Source: an uncultured Chloroflexia bacterium
GTDB taxonomy: Bacteria > Chloroflexota > Anaerolineae > CG2-30-64-16
Direction: 5' to 3'
Length of the DNA: 64,000 nt
Assembly: GCA_963810095.1 (NCBI GenBank)
Contig: CAWEMM010000011.1
Location: 301,844 to 365,843, forward strand
The notes below the pieces were generated by a model. The model did not search any database, was not told the origin of the DNA, and saw only the letters and a list, made by a program, of their open reading frames with translations. Within the stretch, counting starts at the first letter, position 1; the number at the start of each line of letters is the position of its first letter. Positions 9,983 through 20,674 of this stretch are shown one piece after another. The translations under genes and the position numbers were made by a program.

Positions 9983-11491
9983 CCGCCTTCTTTCGCCGCA
10001 ACCGGCCACTCCTGGTCACGCTCTTGATCGTGCTGCTGGTGCTGGTCTGGATGGTGAATCGCTTTCCGGCGCGGGTCAGCGCCAGCATCCTACTGTCGGG
10101 GCTGACGCTGGGTGCGCTCTATTTTCTTGTGGCGGCCGGCCTGTCGCTGATCTTCGGCCTCATGGACGTGCTCAATTTTGCGCACGGTGTCATCTTCATG
10201 ATCGGGGCCTATTTTGGATTCACGGCCTACGCGAACCCCCGGCTCCTCCTCAACACGCTGCCCTTCGTGCTCGCCCTTCTGGGCGGTGCGCAGATCGGCC
10301 GGTGGATCGGCGGCATGCTGCCGCCGCGCTTCGGCAAGCGCTGGCTCGACACGGCCGCTCTCGTCATCATGTTCCTGCTCTCCGGCGCACTCCTGGTGTT
10401 TGCGCTGCGCGGCTTCAACATCACCGTGCTCACCGCGGCTGCGTCGACCGTCGCAGGCGGCGCGGTCGCCACGGACGTCGCCCAGGAGGTCGCGGCCGTC
10501 TTCCTGCCGCGCATCGTGCTCCTCACGGTGTCGGGCTTCTTCCTCGGCCTCGCCCTGAGCCGGACGAGCCCGGTCGAGGTGCGCCAGAAAACCCGTTGGC
10601 CGGCCGCCGCCATCGGCGCAGTCCTGGTCGCTGCGGCTTTCGCCATCACGCCGGTCCGCAGCCCCGCGGAAGCCTTTCTGCTGGCGACATCGTCCAACGC
10701 CCGCTTCGTCCTCGCGCTTCTCGTGGGGCTGCTGGTGGGCGGCGGACTCGGTGCTCTCGTCGAAACGTCCGTGATCCGGCCGCTATACGCCCGGCCCGTC
10801 TACCAGGTGCTCCTGACACTCGGCCTCAGCTATGTGGGCACTGAATTGGTCAGGAGCGTTTGGGGCACGGCCGGCTTCTTCATGACCACCCCCGCGCTTA
10901 TTCGCCGGGTCGGGTGAAGGCTGTCCATCTCCCAACCTGTGGTCTTGGTTCAGCGACCACTGCCAATCCATCCTCGTGCTGGGCAGGCCTTTCCCGTCCT
11001 ACCGGCTCTTCATCATCGCGCTCGGCGTGGCGATGTTCGTAGTCATTTGGTTGATCCTGAAGAAGACGCGGCTCGGTATTATCATCCGGGCCGGCGTGCA
11101 AGACAGCGAGATGGTGCAAGCACTCGGCATCAACGTCCGCCGGGTCTTCACCATCGTCTTTGCGATTGGGTGCGCGCTGGCCGCCGTGGGCGGCGTGGCG
11201 GCCGCCCCGTTTCTGGGCGTCAACCTTGGACTCGGCGCGGAACTCCAGCTGCAGGGGTTTATTGCGGTCGTGATTGGCGGCATGGGGAACTTCGTCGGCG
11301 CGGCAGTGGGCGCGCTGCTGGTCGGCATGGCACGCGCATTTGGCGACCAGTTGGTCCTCTCCGGCATCCAGCTGCCCTGGATGAACGAGGCGCTGCGCAT
11401 GTCGCCGGCGATCGCCCGTGCTTCGACCGTGCTCATCATGGCGCTCGTGCTGCTGCTCCGGCCCGCGGGGCTGTTCGGGAAGAAGGAGTAA
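9979..11491 (+). CDS. livH: Liv-type ABC permease with large internal membrane insertion (frameshift near 10900)
   Basis: GLTLGALYFLVAAGLSLIFGLMDVLNFAHG; TRLGIIIRAG...ALGINV; FIAVVIGGMG; LLRPAGLFG. Confidence 0.85.
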
Positions 11492-11495
11492 CGAC

Positions 11496-12560
11496 GTGGA
11501 CCAGACGAGCTCACGCACGCGCGCCGTGCGCGGCGCCGGCAGATGGGGCGGCCTCCTGGTGCTGCTTCTGCTGGCCGCGTTGCCGTTCCTCCTCGCGCTG
11601 TTCACCGGGCAGCCGGTCAATGCCGGGACGCCCAAGTTCTGGCAGGGCTTGATCATCCAGGTATTTATCGCGGCAGTCTATGCCATGAGCTATGACCTGC
11701 TGTTCGGTTACACCGGCATCCTCAGCTTCGGCCACGCCATGTTCTTCGGCACCGGCGCGTATGTGGCCGGCATCCTGCTCAAGGAAGCCGGCTGGTCACT
11801 CGGACCGGCGGTGCTTGCGGTGATTGGCGTCGCAGTGCTCCAAAGCCTCCTGGTCGGCGTGGTGTCGCTCCGGGTCCGGGGGGTGTACTTTGCCATGGCC
11901 ACCCTGGCCTTCTCGCAGATGTTCTACATCCTCGTCCAAGCCACCGACTTGCGCGACATTACCGGCGCAGAAGACGGCCTGCACGGCATCCCCGTGCCCG
12001 CCTGGTTAAGCCCGACCGACCATCGCCTGACGTTCTACTTCGTCGCGCTGGCGTTCTGCGTGGTGTGTTACCTGATGGCCCGGCGCCTGGTCGATTCGCC
12101 GCCCGGTCGCGTCATGGTGGCGATCCGCGAGAACGAACCGCGAGCCCAGATGATTGGTTACAACACCTTCGCTTACAAGCTCCTCGCACTCACGGTTGCT
12201 GGCGTCCTGGCGGCGCTGGCCGGCATGATGAATGCGCTGTGGAACGGGAATGCAACGCCCGAGGTCCTCAGCGTCGAGACGACGATCAACGCGCTGCTAA
12301 TGACCATCATCGGCGGGGTGGGCACGCTGATCGGGCCCATGCTGGGCGCGGCCGTCTTCCAGCTGCTGGGCTACTGGCTGAACAGCGTGTTCGGCTCGCA
12401 GTGGCAGCTCATCTTCGGCGCGGTCTACGTTCTGCTGGTCGTCTTCCTGCCCTATGGTATCGTCGGGACGTACTATGCCCGGCGCAACGATATCCGAGCC
12501 GGCTGGCAGCGCCTGCTCCGTCCGTTGCACCCGCCCGCAAAGCCATCCGAGCACCTGTAG
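11496..12560 (+). CDS. livM: Liv-type ABC permease
   Basis: YDLLFGYTGILSFGHAMFFG, LRVRGVYFAMATLAF, AIRENEPRA, IIGGVGT, LPYGIVG. Confidence 0.9.
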   Translation: MDQTSSRTRAVRGAGRWGGLLVLLLLAALPFLLALFTGQPVNAGTPKFWQGLIIQVFIAAVYAMSYDLLFGYTGILSFGHAMFFGTGAYVAGILLKEAGWSLGPAVLAVIGVAVLQSLLVGVVSLRVRGVYFAMATLAFSQMFYILVQATDLRDITGAEDGLHGIPVPAWLSPTDHRLTFYFVALAFCVVCYLMARRLVDSPPGRVMVAIRENEPRAQMIGYNTFAYKLLALTVAGVLAALAGMMNALWNGNATPEVLSVETTINALLMTIIGGVGTLIGPMLGAAVFQLLGYWLNSVFGSQWQLIFGAVYVLLVVFLPYGIVGTYYARRNDIRAGWQRLLRPLHPPAKPSEHL

Positions 12561-12752
12561 TGAGCCGGATGTTGTTTCCGGGGCTCCACCGCCACCGTCC
12601 GTGAAGTAGCCACGGCGATCGACGACGCAGGAGTGAGGTCCGCCGGTTCAGCGGCGCCACGTGCGCCCTGCCTTTTTGACGGACCCCTTGGGAAGGATTA
12701 TACTTTCGTTCGGCGGCCGACTGGCCGCCGAATCTTTTGTAGTTCACGTGTC

Positions 12753-14069
12753 ATGCCAGAAAGCCAATCCATCCCGCGCCCCGCGCCACCTGCTGCGTCG
12801 CGGCTGAACACCCGCCTGGACGAGTTTCTCGCCGGGCCGTACGATCCTGAGACCGACGCTCGCCCCGGCAGCCGCCGCGGCCGGCGCCTGTTCTGGGCCG
12901 ACGGCTTCACCTCGAACGTCTCCGAGTCGGTCGTCACAAACTTCACGAACCCGTTTGCGCTGGCGCTGGGCGCCACGAACCAGCAAATGGGCATCATGAG
13001 CAGCATCGCCAACCTTGCCGCTGCGCTGGCGCTCCTACCCGGCGCCCGCCTCGACGAGCGCGTGCCCAGCCGCAAGCGCATCGTGGTAACGACGAGCTTC
13101 CTGCACCGCCTGCTGCTCATCGCGATCGCGCTCCTGCCGCTCCTGTTCGGGCCGCGGGCCATCTACGTCTTCATCTTCCTGGTGGCCGTGCGGTCGTTTT
13201 TCGCCCAGCTCGGCTTCCCTGCGTGGTCCGCCTTCAGCGCGGACCTGGTGCCCGCACGAATCCGGGGCCGCTATTTCGGCGCGCGGAACATCGGGCTCGC
13301 CGTGGCGGCGCTCGTCTTTGCGCCGCTTTTCGGCCGGCTCGCCGACGTTATCGGCCTGCCGAAGGGCTACCAGGTCCTTTTCGTGATCGCCGCACTGGTG
13401 GGCTTTGGCGCGGTCCTGGTCTTCAGAAGCATCCCGGAGCCGCCGCGGTCGCGCTCGGCAGAGCAGGCCCCTGCGCAAGGGAAACAGCCTGTGCTGGCCC
13501 TGCTGCGAACGCACCCCCGCTTCGCCGCGTTCAGCGCGGTGGCCGTGCTGTGGAACCTGTCAATCATGGTCGCGGGGCCCTACTTCAGCGTCTACATCGT
13601 GCGCAACCTGGCAGCAAGCCCGACGATCATCGGTCTGCTCGCAGCTTCCAACGCTATCTTCAACATCATCGGGCAGCGGGTCTGGGGCCGCACCAACGAC
13701 CGCCGCGGTGCGGCATGGGTGATGGCCGCAACCGGCCTGATGATCCCGCTGATCCCGGCGTTCTATGCGGTGGCGCCCAACGCGTGGTATCTGATCGCCG
13801 TCGAAGCGTTCTCGGGCTTTATGTGGTCGGGCTATGGCCTTTCAAGCTTCAACATGATGCTGGGGCTGGCGCCCGCCGAACAGCGCGCGCGCTTCTCGGC
13901 CGTATACCAGAGCGGCGTCTTCCTGGCGTCCTTCCTCGGCCCGCTCATCGGCATGGCGCTCGTCAGCGTCTACGACATCCGGCTTCTCTTTTGGATCTCC
14001 GCCATCGGCCGCCTGATCGCCTCGCTCCTCTTCATGGTTGCGGTGCGTGTCGGACCGGATCGCGAATGA
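12753..14069 (+). CDS. MFS transporter
   Basis: About 12 hydrophobic segments; DLVPARIRGRYFG and WGRTNDRRG loop motifs. Confidence 0.85.
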   Translation: MPESQSIPRPAPPAASRLNTRLDEFLAGPYDPETDARPGSRRGRRLFWADGFTSNVSESVVTNFTNPFALALGATNQQMGIMSSIANLAAALALLPGARLDERVPSRKRIVVTTSFLHRLLLIAIALLPLLFGPRAIYVFIFLVAVRSFFAQLGFPAWSAFSADLVPARIRGRYFGARNIGLAVAALVFAPLFGRLADVIGLPKGYQVLFVIAALVGFGAVLVFRSIPEPPRSRSAEQAPAQGKQPVLALLRTHPRFAAFSAVAVLWNLSIMVAGPYFSVYIVRNLAASPTIIGLLAASNAIFNIIGQRVWGRTNDRRGAAWVMAATGLMIPLIPAFYAVAPNAWYLIAVEAFSGFMWSGYGLSSFNMMLGLAPAEQRARFSAVYQSGVFLASFLGPLIGMALVSVYDIRLLFWISAIGRLIASLLFMVAVRVGPDRE

Positions 14070-14157
14070 CGGCAGGGCGCAAGAATCACCTTGTGCCCGC
14101 TGCACCGCTTGTGCTAGAATCCCCAATGAACCCGCGACCTTTCAGTGGAGAGCCTCG

Positions 14158-14376
14158 ATGAACTGCCCGAACTGCGGCCAGTGGAACCCCGAAGACAAGC
14201 GCGTCTGTTGGCGCTGCGATGCGGAGCTGCCCAGGCCCGTCGAAAAGAAACCCAAGCCACCCCGGACGCTTTTTCTCGGCCTGCCGGTTTGGACGTGGGT
14301 CGTCCTGGTGCTGATGTTCGCGCTCCTGGCAGCCGCCCAGTGTCTTGGTCCGTCGCTCCTGAACCGGGGCGGGTGA
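14158..14376 (+). CDS. small zinc-ribbon membrane protein
   Basis: CPNCG...CWRC followed by one transmembrane helix; ggag RBS; stop overlaps the GTG of mutY. Confidence 0.7.
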   Translation: MNCPNCGQWNPEDKRVCWRCDAELPRPVEKKPKPPRTLFLGLPVWTWVVLVLMFALLAAAQCLGPSLLNRGG

Positions 14377-15460
14377 GCACACGAGCAGGATCCCCGAGAG
14401 CTGGCGGCCCGCCTCCTGGAATGGATGCAGGCCGCACGGCGCGATCTTCCCTGGCGGCGCGACCGCACCCCGTATGCCGTCTGGGTCTCTGAGATCATGC
14501 TCCAGCAGACGCAGGCCGCCACTGTCGTACCCTACTTCGAACGGTGGCTGGCTCGTTTCCCCGACGTCGATGCGCTGGCAGCCGCCCCGCTTGATGATGT
14601 TCTGAAGCTGTGGGAGGGTCTCGGGTATTACGCGCGCGCCCGCAACATGCAGCGCGCCGCGCAGATGATGATCGAACGTCATGGCGGCCGCGTCCCGCGA
14701 TACGGCCGGCGAACTTCTCGCCCTGCCCGGCATCGGCCGCTACACCGCAGGTGCGATCCTGAGCATTGCGTTCGGAGAACCCGCGCCGATACTGGACGGG
14801 AATGTCCGCCGGGTCCTGTGCCGGGTTTCAGACGTAGATGGCGACCCGCGCAGCCCCGAGGTGGAAGATCACCTGTGGGGCCTCTCCACGGTGCTGATGC
14901 AGGCTGCGCCCCCCGAAGCGGTAGGGGAGTTCAACGAGGCGCTGATGGAGCTCGGCGCACTTGTGTGCACCCCAAGCGCCCCGAATTGTCCTGACTGCCC
15001 GATCCGCGCATTCTGTCTCGCCTTCGCGCGCGGCACCGTGGGCCAGCGTCCCACCACCCACACCAAGCCCCCGACCCCGCACTACGACGTGACCGCCGGC
15101 GTCGTCCGCAACGAATTGGGCCAGGTTCTCATCGTCCGGCGGCCCCCTTCGGGCTTGCTGGGCGGGCTGTGGGGCTTTCCCGGGGGCGTCGTTGCGGCCG
15201 GTGAGGACCTGGGGGAAGCGTTAGCACGCACGGTGCGCGAACAAACGGGATTAAGCGTGCGGGCGCGCACGGTCGTTCGCACGGTCAAGCACGCGTACAC
15301 GCACTTCCGCATCACCTTACATGCATTCACGGCGGAGATTGAGTCAGGGCAGGCGCAAGCCGTTACCTGCGCCGAGGTGCGCTGGGTCGAGGTGGACGAG
15401 CTGGAGGAATACGCGATGCCGGTGACGGACCGAAAGGTGGCCCGCGCCATCGAAAGGTAG
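14373..15460 (+). CDS. mutY: A/G-specific adenine glycosylase (frameshifts near the start and near 14700)
   Basis: [42 protein letters not shown], CxxxxxxCxxCxxxxxC 4Fe-4S motif, C-terminal NUDIX-like domain. Confidence 0.92.
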
Positions 15461-15490
15461 ACCTTCGAGGTGTTCGAAACCTCGAAGGTC
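15460..15490. repeat. short palindrome (REP-like or bidirectional terminator) between convergent genes
   Basis: gaccttcgaggt-gttcgaa-acctcgaaggtc, a perfect 12-bp stem. Confidence 0.7.
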
Positions 15491-15508
15491 GTGTGCGACA
15501 AGACGTGC

Positions 15509-16558
15509 TCAGCTCTTCCGGTCGACGAGCATGTCGAGCAGTTCGGCCAGCAGGCCGTGAGAGGCGCTCCCGTTGCTGCCGGTCGCGGCGATGACCTGCA
15601 GGGCCGCGTGGCCGCGGGTCGTCGCTTCCAGCACTGCCTGCTCGGTTGTCCGGCGCACGCCGGCCTCTTCCAGCAGCGAAAGCACCCCGGGAACGTGCTC
15701 GGGGCCAAAGTCGGGTCCCGCGTACATGATCCGCAGCCGCTTCCCCACCCCCTCGTGGTTCAGCGCCAGCACGACCGGCAGCGACTTCTTCTTCGTGAGA
15801 ATGTCGCTCGCTGCCGACTTGCCCGTCTGCTTCTCGTCACCCCAAATGCCCAGAATGTCGTCCTGCAGCTGGAATGCTCGGCCGAGGCTTGCGCCGTACT
15901 CGCGGTAGGCCAATGCCACTTCCGGCGACGCCCCGGCGACCAGCGCACCGATCTCGGGCGCCGCGCCCAAAAGCGCTCCGGTCTTCCCCGCGATCATGGC
16001 GTAATACTCGTCGACCGTAACGTCGAGCCTGTCCTCGAACGTCATGTCCATGTACTGGCCTTCGGTCAGCGCAAGGTTCATCTCGACGAACCGCTGCAGG
16101 GCCGCCAGCACGGCCTGCTGCGGGACGCCATGCGTTGCCAGGTCGAAGAACGCGGCGTGCGCCAGGCTGAACATCCCGTCGCCCACGTTGCATGCGATGG
16201 GCACGCCCCACACCGACCAGGCCGTCGCTCGGTGGCGGCGGGTCTCACTATTGTCCTCGATGTCGTCATGGATCAGCGAAAAGTTGTGGAGCAACTCGAG
16301 GCCGGCCGCGGCAGGCAGGGCCGTGCCCGGATCACCGCCCGCAGCCGAGCATGCAAGCAGGCATAGCACCGGCCGGATGCGCTTGCCCGAGGGCGCGACG
16401 GCCGGCTGAAGCTCCTCGTCGCGCCAGCCCATGTGATACTGCATGATTTCGTAGTGGCGGGCCGCTCGGGGATTGCGCGGCTCCAGCAGCCGGCGCATCT
16501 CGCCCTCGACCAGCGGGACATACTCGGCAAATGCCTCAGCCAGGTTCACGATACTCAC
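15509..16558 (-). CDS. polyprenyl diphosphate synthase (GGPP/FPP synthase family)
   Basis: [14 protein letters not shown]...[21 protein letters not shown]; GTG start overlaps the fni stop. Confidence 0.9.
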   Translation of the reverse strand: MSIVNLAEAFAEYVPLVEGEMRRLLEPRNPRAARHYEIMQYHMGWRDEELQPAVAPSGKRIRPVLCLLACSAAGGDPGTALPAAAGLELLHNFSLIHDDIEDNSETRRHRATAWSVWGVPIACNVGDGMFSLAHAAFFDLATHGVPQQAVLAALQRFVEMNLALTEGQYMDMTFEDRLDVTVDEYYAMIAGKTGALLGAAPEIGALVAGASPEVALAYREYGASLGRAFQLQDDILGIWGDEKQTGKSAASDILTKKKSLPVVLALNHEGVGKRLRIMYAGPDFGPEHVPGVLSLLEEAGVRRTTEQAVLEATTRGHAALQVIAATGSNGSASHGLLAELLDMLVDRKS

Positions 16559-17581
16559 CCCACCTTCACCAGCCGTTCGGGCTCGCGCAGAGCCGCCACG
16601 CTGCCTGCTCCCGCGCAGAACATGGCAACCCGTAGCTCGGCAGCCAGTTGGTCGATCGTCGCCACCACCTCTTCCGGCCCTGCTGCGGCCGCCTTGAGGA
16701 ATGAAGATGCAACCCCGACGAGCGTTGCGCCCAGTGCCAGCGCCTTCGCTGCCTCGATGCCGGTTCGCATTCCCCCGCTGGCAATCAACGGGAGGCCGGG
16801 GGCACCCTCTTTCGCCATCAGCAGCGAGTCCGCCGTGGGGATACCCCAGTCGGCAAAGGCGCGCGCCAGCTTGCGCAGCGAATCGGAGGTGGCACGGTGG
16901 TACTCGACCTCGGTCCAGGAAGTCCCGCCCGAGCCGGCCACGTCGATGACGGCGATCCCGACCTCCATGAGACGCCGGGCCGTCGCCGTGCTGATGCCCC
17001 AACCCACTTCCTTTGCGATGACCGGCACGCCGACCTGGCGGACCACCTGCTCGATCTTTGCGTAAAGCCCGCGCCAGTTCCAGTCGCCGTCGCCCTGCAC
17101 CGCCTCCTGGAGGGGATTCAAGTGCAGAATCAGCGCGTCGGCCTCGATCATCTCGACGGCCCGCCGGCATTGGTCCACGCCGTAACGATAATTCAGCTGA
17201 ATGGCGCCGAGGTTGGCAAACAGCAGGATGTCGGGGGCCAGGTCGCGGACCTTGAACGTCTCGGCCGTCTCAGGCTGTTCGATGCCGGTGCGCTGCGAGC
17301 CCAGCCCCATCGCGATGCCGTGGGCCTGCGCGCCTTCGGCCAGGTTCCGGTTAATGACGCGGCGCAGCCTCGGTCCCGCCCGTCATCGACGAGATCAGGA
17401 ACGGCAGCCGGAGGTGCTTGGCCAGGAGCTCGACGTGGGTGTCAATCGCCTGGAGGTCCAGTTCGGGCAGCGCCTGGTGCACCAGCCGGTAGCACTCGAA
17501 CCCCGTGGTGAGCGCCGGAAACTGGACATTCTCTTCCAGGTTGATGCGGATGTGATCGGCCTTTCGGCGGTCGTGGGCCAT
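16555..17581 (-). CDS. fni: type 2 isopentenyl-diphosphate isomerase (frameshift near 17365)
   Basis: [54 protein letters not shown]. Confidence 0.92.
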
Positions 17582-17723
17582 GACGCCTCGCAGGTTTCTC
17601 GCATAATTACGGATGAGGAGGACGCAACTTCCGCCCGCTGACGGTGTTTTAGGATCATGGGCCGCTCGTAAAGCACCCGACGGCCCGGGCTCGGCCTCGG
17701 GTTACAGCAGAGCGCCGAACGGC

Positions 17724-17752
17724 ATCTTACCAGCCTCACCTGCCCCTGTCAA
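17724..17752 (-). promoter_or_regulatory. sigma70-type promoter for fni operon
   Basis: Minus strand TTGACA-17 bp-TAAGAT. Confidence 0.65.
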
Positions 17753-17809
17753 AGCTCAACGTGGCTTCTGACAGCCGAGGTGGCCGCTCAACAGCTGCCC
17801 CAGATGCGT

Positions 17810-17838
17810 TTGACACTCACACAGCGAGTGATTACAAT
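17810..17838 (+). promoter_or_regulatory. sigma70-type promoter for acpP
   Basis: TTGACA-17 bp-TACAAT; a cactc...gagtg inverted repeat overlaps the -35 end and spacer. Confidence 0.75.
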
Positions 17839-17912
17839 TCCGGACGTTATGACCCTGAGTTTACCGATCCGCGTCACAGGGCCCCAAATTGCTCAACAAC
17901 AAGGAGATCTGC

Positions 17913-18161
17913 ATGAACCACCAGGAAATCTACGACGAAGTCAAGAAGATCGTCATCGACAAGCTGAACGTAACCGAAGACCAGATCACGCCCGAGGCGC
18001 GCTTCCGTGAGGATTTGAAGGCGGATTCGCTTGACCTTGTCGAGCTGATCATGGCCTTCGAAGAAGCATTCGGCGGCGAGATTAAGGACGAGGACGCTCA
18101 GAAGATCACGACGGTCGGCGAGGCCGTGTCCTACCTGGAAAAAGCGCAGGCTGGCGCCTGA
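17913..18161 (+). CDS. acpP: acyl carrier protein
   Basis: [18 protein letters not shown] phosphopantetheine site; aaggag RBS. Confidence 0.95.
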   Translation: MNHQEIYDEVKKIVIDKLNVTEDQITPEARFREDLKADSLDLVELIMAFEEAFGGEIKDEDAQKITTVGEAVSYLEKAQAGA

Positions 18162-18178
18162 TCACGCGAGATCACGTT

Positions 18179-18214
18179 ACGAGCCCACACGGTGCGTGTG
18201 GGCTCGTTTGTTTT
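18179..18214 (+). terminator. intrinsic terminator after acpP
   Basis: acgagcccacac/gtgtgggctcgt stem followed by ttgtttt. Confidence 0.8.
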
Positions 18215-18237
18215 GACGAGGGGGCGCTTTGCCCGCG

Positions 18238-18871
18238 ATGGAACCCCTGACGGTCCTCATCCTGGCCGGCGGCCAGAAGCTCACGCATGCGGCAGGACAA
18301 GGTCTGGCTCGATCTTGACAGCGCTCCGCTGGTCGAACACGTCGCCCGCCGGCTGCTGCCGCTAGCCAGTGAGATCATCTTTAGCTCGAACGACCCGGCA
18401 GCATTCGATGGCCTCATCGCTCGGCTGCCCATCCCGGCCCACGTGGCCATCGACCTCTATCCCGGAGCCGGACCCCTTGCCGGGCTGCATGCGGGGCTGC
18501 AGGCGGCCGCGTGCGACCTGGTGCTCGCCGTAGCAACCGACATGCCCTTTGTGAACCCCGCAGTGGCCGCGGCGATGGCCGCTGCTTGCGGGCCGGCCGA
18601 CGCCGTGGTGCCCCGGCTTCATGCGCGGGGCTTCGATGCGCCCCAGCCCGAGCCGCTCCACGCGCTTTACCGCAAACGGTGTCTGCCCGCGGTCGAAGGG
18701 GCCCTCAAAGCGGGGCGCCGGCGGATGATAGGGTTTCTGCCCGATGTGAGCGTGTGCTACCTGGACGAAGATTTCCTGCGGGGCATCGACCCCGCGCTGA
18801 ACTCGTTCCGGAACATCAACACCCCGGAGGAATGGGCCCGGGCCAAGGAGGAACTGACCGGCCTAGGCTGA
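18238..18871 (+). CDS. mobA: molybdenum cofactor guanylyltransferase (frameshift near 18275)
   Basis: LILAGG..SSRMRQDK, GPLAGLHAGL, ATDMPF, EPLHALY, FRNINTPEE. Confidence 0.88.
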
Positions 18872-18921
18872 GGGGCGTTGGGACCCGGTGGCCCGGAGCG
18901 ATGGGCGCGCGCCCGCTCTGC

Positions 18922-19344
18922 CTAAACGGCACAGCTCAAGTACAAGAGCGCTTCCCCGTAAGCCTCGCAGGCATCGCCACCCCTGAACGCGAGCGCCTCG
19001 CCCTTCCACTCGAACCGGCACGTGAACTCGCCGTCCGCGTAGAACAGGTCATACATGGGTTCGCCCTGCAGCGCGAGGACGTCATGGAGCCGCTGGCGCA
19101 GCTGGCCCTCGTCGGGCAGCCAGACGGCGTCCGCCAGGAGGACGTAGTCGAGCGCCCACTCGGGCGTGCCGTGGAACGTAACTGCAGGCGTCCCTTGGAG
19201 CAACTCGATCACCGTCGCCATGTCGTTGATGACGAAGGTGCGATCGTCCAGATCACGATCGAGAAGCGCGAACTTGTCGCCCTGCGCTGGCTCCCACTTG
19301 ACGCCTGCTTCCTTGAGCCGCTTCGACATATCCAGGCTAATCAT
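18922..19344 (-). CDS. conserved hypothetical protein
   Basis: MISLDMSKRLKEAGVKWEPAQGDKF...FHGTPEWALD...WLPDEGQLR resembles an uncharacterised actinobacterial/Chloroflexota family; gaggtg RBS. Confidence 0.7.
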   Translation of the reverse strand: MISLDMSKRLKEAGVKWEPAQGDKFALLDRDLDDRTFVINDMATVIELLQGTPAVTFHGTPEWALDYVLLADAVWLPDEGQLRQRLHDVLALQGEPMYDLFYADGEFTCRFEWKGEALAFRGGDACEAYGEALLYLSCAV

Positions 19345-19707
19345 ACGCACCTCACCTCGCACGGGGACTCCTGGCCATTATCACCCGATATGGAAATCAA
19401 GCATGTAATGAAGCGCACGAACCAGAGCCCGTCGGAGGACCACCGGCAGCCGGTCCGTACGCGCACCGCACCCCGGTGTGCTTGCCGATCCGCGTGATTT
19501 GCGTTACGCTGCCCGAAATCTCGGATACGTCCCATTCGCATCCCGGCCGCCCCGGCCACATTAGGCAACTGCGATGGAGCTTGCAGACCGCCGCACAAGA
19601 ACGCGCCATATTACGCAAGCGTCACGCGTGGCTTTGCTCGCGTTCTGGCTCGGTCATCCCGTAGAGCCCGATTGGGAGGGTTAACGCTCAGACAGGAGAA
19701 GGGGTCG

Positions 19708-20593
19708 GTGGCCCCCGCTTCATCCACGCTGCTTTCCGACCTCGTGGTTCTCTTCAAGCTGAGGATCGTCTTCCTGCTGCTCCTGGCCGCGGTCGGGGGC
19801 CTGTTCCTCGGCGCCCACGGCTGGCCGGGCGGCGGACCCCTGGCGCTGACCCTCGTGACCGGCGGGCTCGCCGCCATGGGCAGCTCCGCGTGGAACCAGT
19901 ACCTGGAGCGTGAGAGCGACGCGCAGATGACCCGGACGCGACGCAGGCCGCTCGTAACCGGCGCGATTGCCCGGCCCAGCTGGGTGCCCTACGTGGCAAC
20001 GGCGATGATCGCGCTGCCCGTCCTGGCGGTGCTGCCTTTCAACCCCGCGTTGGCGTTCTTTCTGTCGCTCGGCGCATTCATCTACGTGGTCATCTACACG
20101 GTCTGGCTCAAGCCGCGCACGCCCCTGAACATCGTGATCGGCGGGGCGGCAGGGAGCGCGGCCGTGCTGGCCGGCGCAGCCGCGGCCAACGCCTGGACGG
20201 ACCCCGGCGTGATCGCCTTGGCGATCCTGCTCTTCTTCTGGACGCCGATACATTTCTGGGCGCTGGCGCTGGTCTATCGGGAAGACTATGCTCGCGCGAA
20301 GGTCCCGATGTTGCCGGTGACGTCGGCGCCGCGCGACGGCCGCGGCCTGGGGCTTCGTGCACGGTGTGGGTGCGGGGCTGGCAGGAATGGCCATGGCCTT
20401 CCTACCCTACCTGGGGCTGGTCTACACCGTGCCGGTGGCGATCATTACGGCGATCCTGCTGTTTCAAAGTGCGGCCCTGATCGTCGAGCCAACCAAACGC
20501 AGGGCGTATGGGGTCTTTCACACCTCGAACCTGTATCTCTTGATCGTCTTGTTGGCCGTGGTCGCCGGCTCGGTGATACGATTCCCGCGCTAG
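19708..20593 (+). CDS. ctaB: protoheme IX farnesyltransferase (heme O synthase; frameshift near 20335)
   Basis: NQYLERESDAQMTRTRRRPL, YTVWLKPRTPLNIVIGG, FWTPIHFWALAL, DYARAKVPMLP. Confidence 0.9.
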
Positions 20594-20600
20594 AAGGCTG

Positions 20601-20674
20601 CTAACGACAAAGGCACGAAGACGCAGGGCACAAGGGCTTTGTGTGCCTTGGTGTCTTCGTGCCTTTGTGGCTAG
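20601..20674. repeat. imperfect palindromic intergenic repeat (cacgaagac family)
   Basis: ctaacgacaaaggcacgaagacgcagggcac pairs with gtgccttggtgtcttcgtgcctttgtggctag, between convergent ctaB and galE. Confidence 0.8.

Noticed and set aside
9151-10917. Apparent LivF-LivH ATPase-permease fusion (588 aa)
   Set aside because: A one-base shift near 9868 restores the normal LivF tail and a stop overlapping the LivH ATG with its own RBS.
15509-17170. 553-aa extended polyprenyl synthase
   Set aside because: The N-terminal ~200 aa overlap fni in another frame; the real start is the GTG at 16558.
18922-19344. Pilus assembly protein CpaE label sometimes attached to similar sequences
   Set aside because: No receiver or ATPase motifs and no tad genes, so it is left as hypothetical.
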